A stretch of DNA of 64,000 bases, from assembly GCA_024280895.1 (NCBI GenBank), contig JAJRPI010000019.1, positions 15,556 through 79,555 on the forward strand. The letters are read 5' to 3'. Positions 61,465 to 64,000 of this stretch are shown here, one piece after another. Below the pieces are notes generated by a model. The model had not been told where the DNA came from. It was given only the letters and a program-made list of their open reading frames with translations, and made no database searches. The translations under genes and the position numbers were made by a program. This stretch comes from Alphaproteobacteria bacterium. GTDB lineage: Bacteria; Pseudomonadota; Alphaproteobacteria; Rhizobiales; JAKIUO01. Numbering within the stretch: position 1 is the first letter of the stretch; every line of letters starts with the position of its first letter.

Positions 61465-64000
61465 ATGCTACGGAAGAAGATAAACGGGGTTGCGAACGGC
61501 CCCCGATTGTCGTCTACCCTGACACAAACGGAAAAGAGCGTCGTTGACCGGCGGACATTTTTGCGCGGCTCCGGCCTCGCTGCAACTGGTCTGGTCGCAG
61601 CAACCGCATTGAGCGCAGGGCGTGTTCAAAAAGCGCAGGCTGCAGCTGAAAACAAAAGCAATATCGAGATTAAAAAATCGGTATGCACGCATTGTTCAGT
61701 TGGATGTTCTGTGATCGCGGAAGTTCAGGACGGCGTCTGGATCGGACAAGAACCTGGATTTGACAGCCCTTTTAATCTGGGAGCCCATTGTGCCAAAGGG
61801 GCGTCAGTTCGTGAGCATGCCCATGGCGAGCGCCGCCTCAAATATCCCATGAAGCTTGAGGGGGGGAAATGGAAGAAAGTCAGCTGGGACACCGCCATCG
61901 ACGAGATCGGCGACAAAATGCTGGAGATCCGCAAGACGTCTGGACCAGATAGCGTCTATTGGCTGGGATCTGCCAAACATAATAATGAACAGGCTTATCT
62001 GTTCCGTAAATTCTATGCCTATTGGGGAACCAATAATGGAGACCATCAGGCACGGATTTGTCATTCAACCACAGTTGCCGGTGTTGCCAACACCTGGGGT
62101 TATGGTGCCATGACCAATTCCTATAATGACATCCACAACTCGAAAAGCATGATTCTGTTTGGATCAAATCCCACGGAAGCACATCCCGTTGCACTGCAAC
62201 ATCTGATGAAAGCCAAAGAACAAAATAACGCAGCGCTCATCGTGTGTGATCCACGCTTCACACGCACAGCTGCTCATGCCACAGAATATGTGCGCTTTCG
62301 CCCTGGCACCGATGTGGCGCTGGTTTGGGGGATTTTATACCATATCTTCGAGAACAAATGGGAAGACAAGGAGTATATCCGCCAACGGGTTTGGGGGATT
62401 GACCATATCCGTACCGAAGTCAAAAAGTGGAACCCCGCCGAAGTCAAACGGGTCACTGGCGTTCCTGAGTCGCAAATGAAACGCGTTGCCCGCACACTGG
62501 TCAATAATCGCCCCGGCACACTGATTTGGTGCATGGGTGGCACGCAGCATACAACCGGCAACAATAATACCAGAGCCTACTGCATCTTGCAGCTCGCCCT
62601 TGGCAATATTGGCAAGGCTGGCGGTGGCGCCAATATTTTCCGTGGCCATGACAATGTTCAGGGGGCCACCGATTTTGGTGTGCTGTCTCATACATTACCC
62701 GGATATTACGGCCTCAAAAAAGGCTCATGGAAGCATTGGTCCAGAGTTTGGGATACCAGCTATGATTATCTCATGGGGCGCTTCGAGAGCGAGAAGATGA
62801 TGCACTCCAAAGGCATCCCTGTATCGCGCTGGATTGATGGTGTGCTTGAAGACAAAGACAAGATCGATCAGACCGATAATCTTCGTGCCATGGTTTTCTG
62901 GGGACATGCTCCCAACTCACAGACCCGCGGCAATGACATGAAAAAAGCCATGGAAAAACTTGATCTCATGGTGGTCATTGATCCATATCCAACCGTCTCG
63001 GCCGTCATGCACGATCGAAAAGACGGGGTGTATCTGCTGCCAGCAGCTACCCAGTTTGAAACCTATGGCTCGGTCACAGCCTCAAACAGATCCTTGCAAT
63101 GGCGTGAAAAAGTCATTGAACCGGTGTTTGAGTCTCTTCCCGATCATACCATCATGTACAAATTTGCGAAGAAATTTGGCATGGACAAGGAGATGTTCAA
63201 GCATATCAAGGTCACAAATGATGAGCCATTGATCGAAGACATTACCCGCGAATACAACAAGGGTATGTGGACGATTGGCTATACCGGTCAAACGCCAGAG
63301 CGCCTGAAAATGCACATGGCACAGCAACACACCTTTGACAAAACAACCCTGCAAGCAAAGGGCGGTCCAGTCGATGGGGAATATTATGGCCTGCCATGGC
63401 CTTGCTGGGGCACTGCGGAGCTTAAACATCCCGGCACTCCCAATCTGTATGATCCCTCAAAACCGGTGATCGAAGGTGGCCTTAGTTTCCGTGCCAGATT
63501 CGGCGTCAAGGCTCCTGACAAATGGGGCGGTGGCAATATGCTGGCCGAAGGTGCGCAGGAAGGTTCCTCCTACCCTGTAGGCTCAGAAATCAAGGACGGC
63601 TATCCCGAGTTCACTATGGCCATGCTTAAAAAACTTGGCTGGGACACGGACCTGACCGATAGCGAACGAGCTGCCATCGACAAAGTTGCCGGAGACAAAA
63701 CCAATTGGAAAACCGATCTGTCGGGTGGTATCCAGCGGGTCGCCATCAAGCATGGTTGTTCGCCATTTGGCAATGCCAAAGCGCGCACCGTGGTCTGGAA
63801 CTTCCCCGACCCCATCCCGCTTCACCGCGAACCGCTCTATACGTCTAGACGCGATTTGTTACCCAAATATGCAACCTATAGCGACAAGCAGGCTTACCGC
63901 CTGCCAACCCGTTACGCCTCCATTCAGGCGGTTGATTATTCCAAAGACTACCCGATCATTCTGACATCGGGACGTCTGGTGGAATATGAAGGTGGCGGTG
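61465..64000 (+). CDS. Tat-exported formate dehydrogenase alpha subunit (partial, runs off window end)
   Basis: Not in the ORF track; DRRTFLR Tat signal, CTHCSVGC..C [4Fe-4S], ARICHS active site, RGHDNVQG, LTSGRLVEY, all in one frame. Confidence 0.93.
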   Translation, partial: MLRKKINGVANGPRLSSTLTQTEKSVVDRRTFLRGSGLAATGLVAATALSAGRVQKAQAAAENKSNIEIKKSVCTHCSVGCSVIAEVQDGVWIGQEPGFDSPFNLGAHCAKGASVREHAHGERRLKYPMKLEGGKWKKVSWDTAIDEIGDKMLEIRKTSGPDSVYWLGSAKHNNEQAYLFRKFYAYWGTNNGDHQARICHSTTVAGVANTWGYGAMTNSYNDIHNSKSMILFGSNPTEAHPVALQHLMKAKEQNNAALIVCDPRFTRTAAHATEYVRFRPGTDVALVWGILYHIFENKWEDKEYIRQRVWGIDHIRTEVKKWNPAEVKRVTGVPESQMKRVARTLVNNRPGTLIWCMGGTQHTTGNNNTRAYCILQLALGNIGKAGGGANIFRGHDNVQGATDFGVLSHTLPGYYGLKKGSWKHWSRVWDTSYDYLMGRFESEKMMHSKGIPVSRWIDGVLEDKDKIDQTDNLRAMVFWGHAPNSQTRGNDMKKAMEKLDLMVVIDPYPTVSAVMHDRKDGVYLLPAATQFETYGSVTASNRSLQWREKVIEPVFESLPDHTIMYKFAKKFGMDKEMFKHIKVTNDEPLIEDITREYNKGMWTIGYTGQTPERLKMHMAQQHTFDKTTLQAKGGPVDGEYYGLPWPCWGTAELKHPGTPNLYDPSKPVIEGGLSFRARFGVKAPDKWGGGNMLAEGAQEGSSYPVGSEIKDGYPEFTMAMLKKLGWDTDLTDSERAAIDKVAGDKTNWKTDLSGGIQRVAIKHGCSPFGNAKARTVVWNFPDPIPLHREPLYTSRRDLLPKYATYSDKQAYRLPTRYASIQAVDYSKDYPIILTSGRLVEYEGGG

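Noticed and set aside
62041-62070. Selenocysteine in the FDH active site
   Set aside because: The codon is TGT (ARICHS), not TGA
42645-64000. Intact genomic island or prophage at tRNA-Lys
   Set aside because: No integrase, att repeat or phage genes visible in the window

Overview
A roughly 50% GC chromosomal window from an alphaproteobacterium, probably Hyphomicrobiales/Hyphomicrobiaceae-like. That assignment rests on the porin N-terminal signature ADLGGDCCADLEERV and on the gene content. It has three parts. (1) A microaerobic respiration locus, ccoNOQP-ccoGHIS (cbb3 oxidase), followed by an AT-rich 1-kb intergenic region. This region appears to hold two convergent unannotated transcripts, each behind an FNR/FixK-like box. 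One is a ~350-nt RNA with 22 GUA triplets in a CsrB-like layout. The other is a ~175-nt structured RNA containing a 28-codon ORF. (2) A housekeeping stretch: mgtE, tandem porins, panC, suhB, MotA/MotB-like pair, aroQ-accB-accC-aat, dsbA, sfsA, rpmE, greA, carB, MMPL, purU, purB and tRNA-Lys. It shows signs of an inversion and a translocation, and carries a GTAG-type REP doublet. (3) A >21-kb tungsten/molybdopterin cluster that starts directly after tRNA-Lys. It encodes an Aromatoleum-type aorABC with divergent aorD/E-like genes, two moeA, tupABC, mobAB, fdhD, moaA, FDH accessory DUFs and a Tat-exported Cys-type formate dehydrogenase that runs off the window end. I saw no CRISPR array, prophage, integrase or transposase. 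All calls come from reading motifs; no database searches were run.
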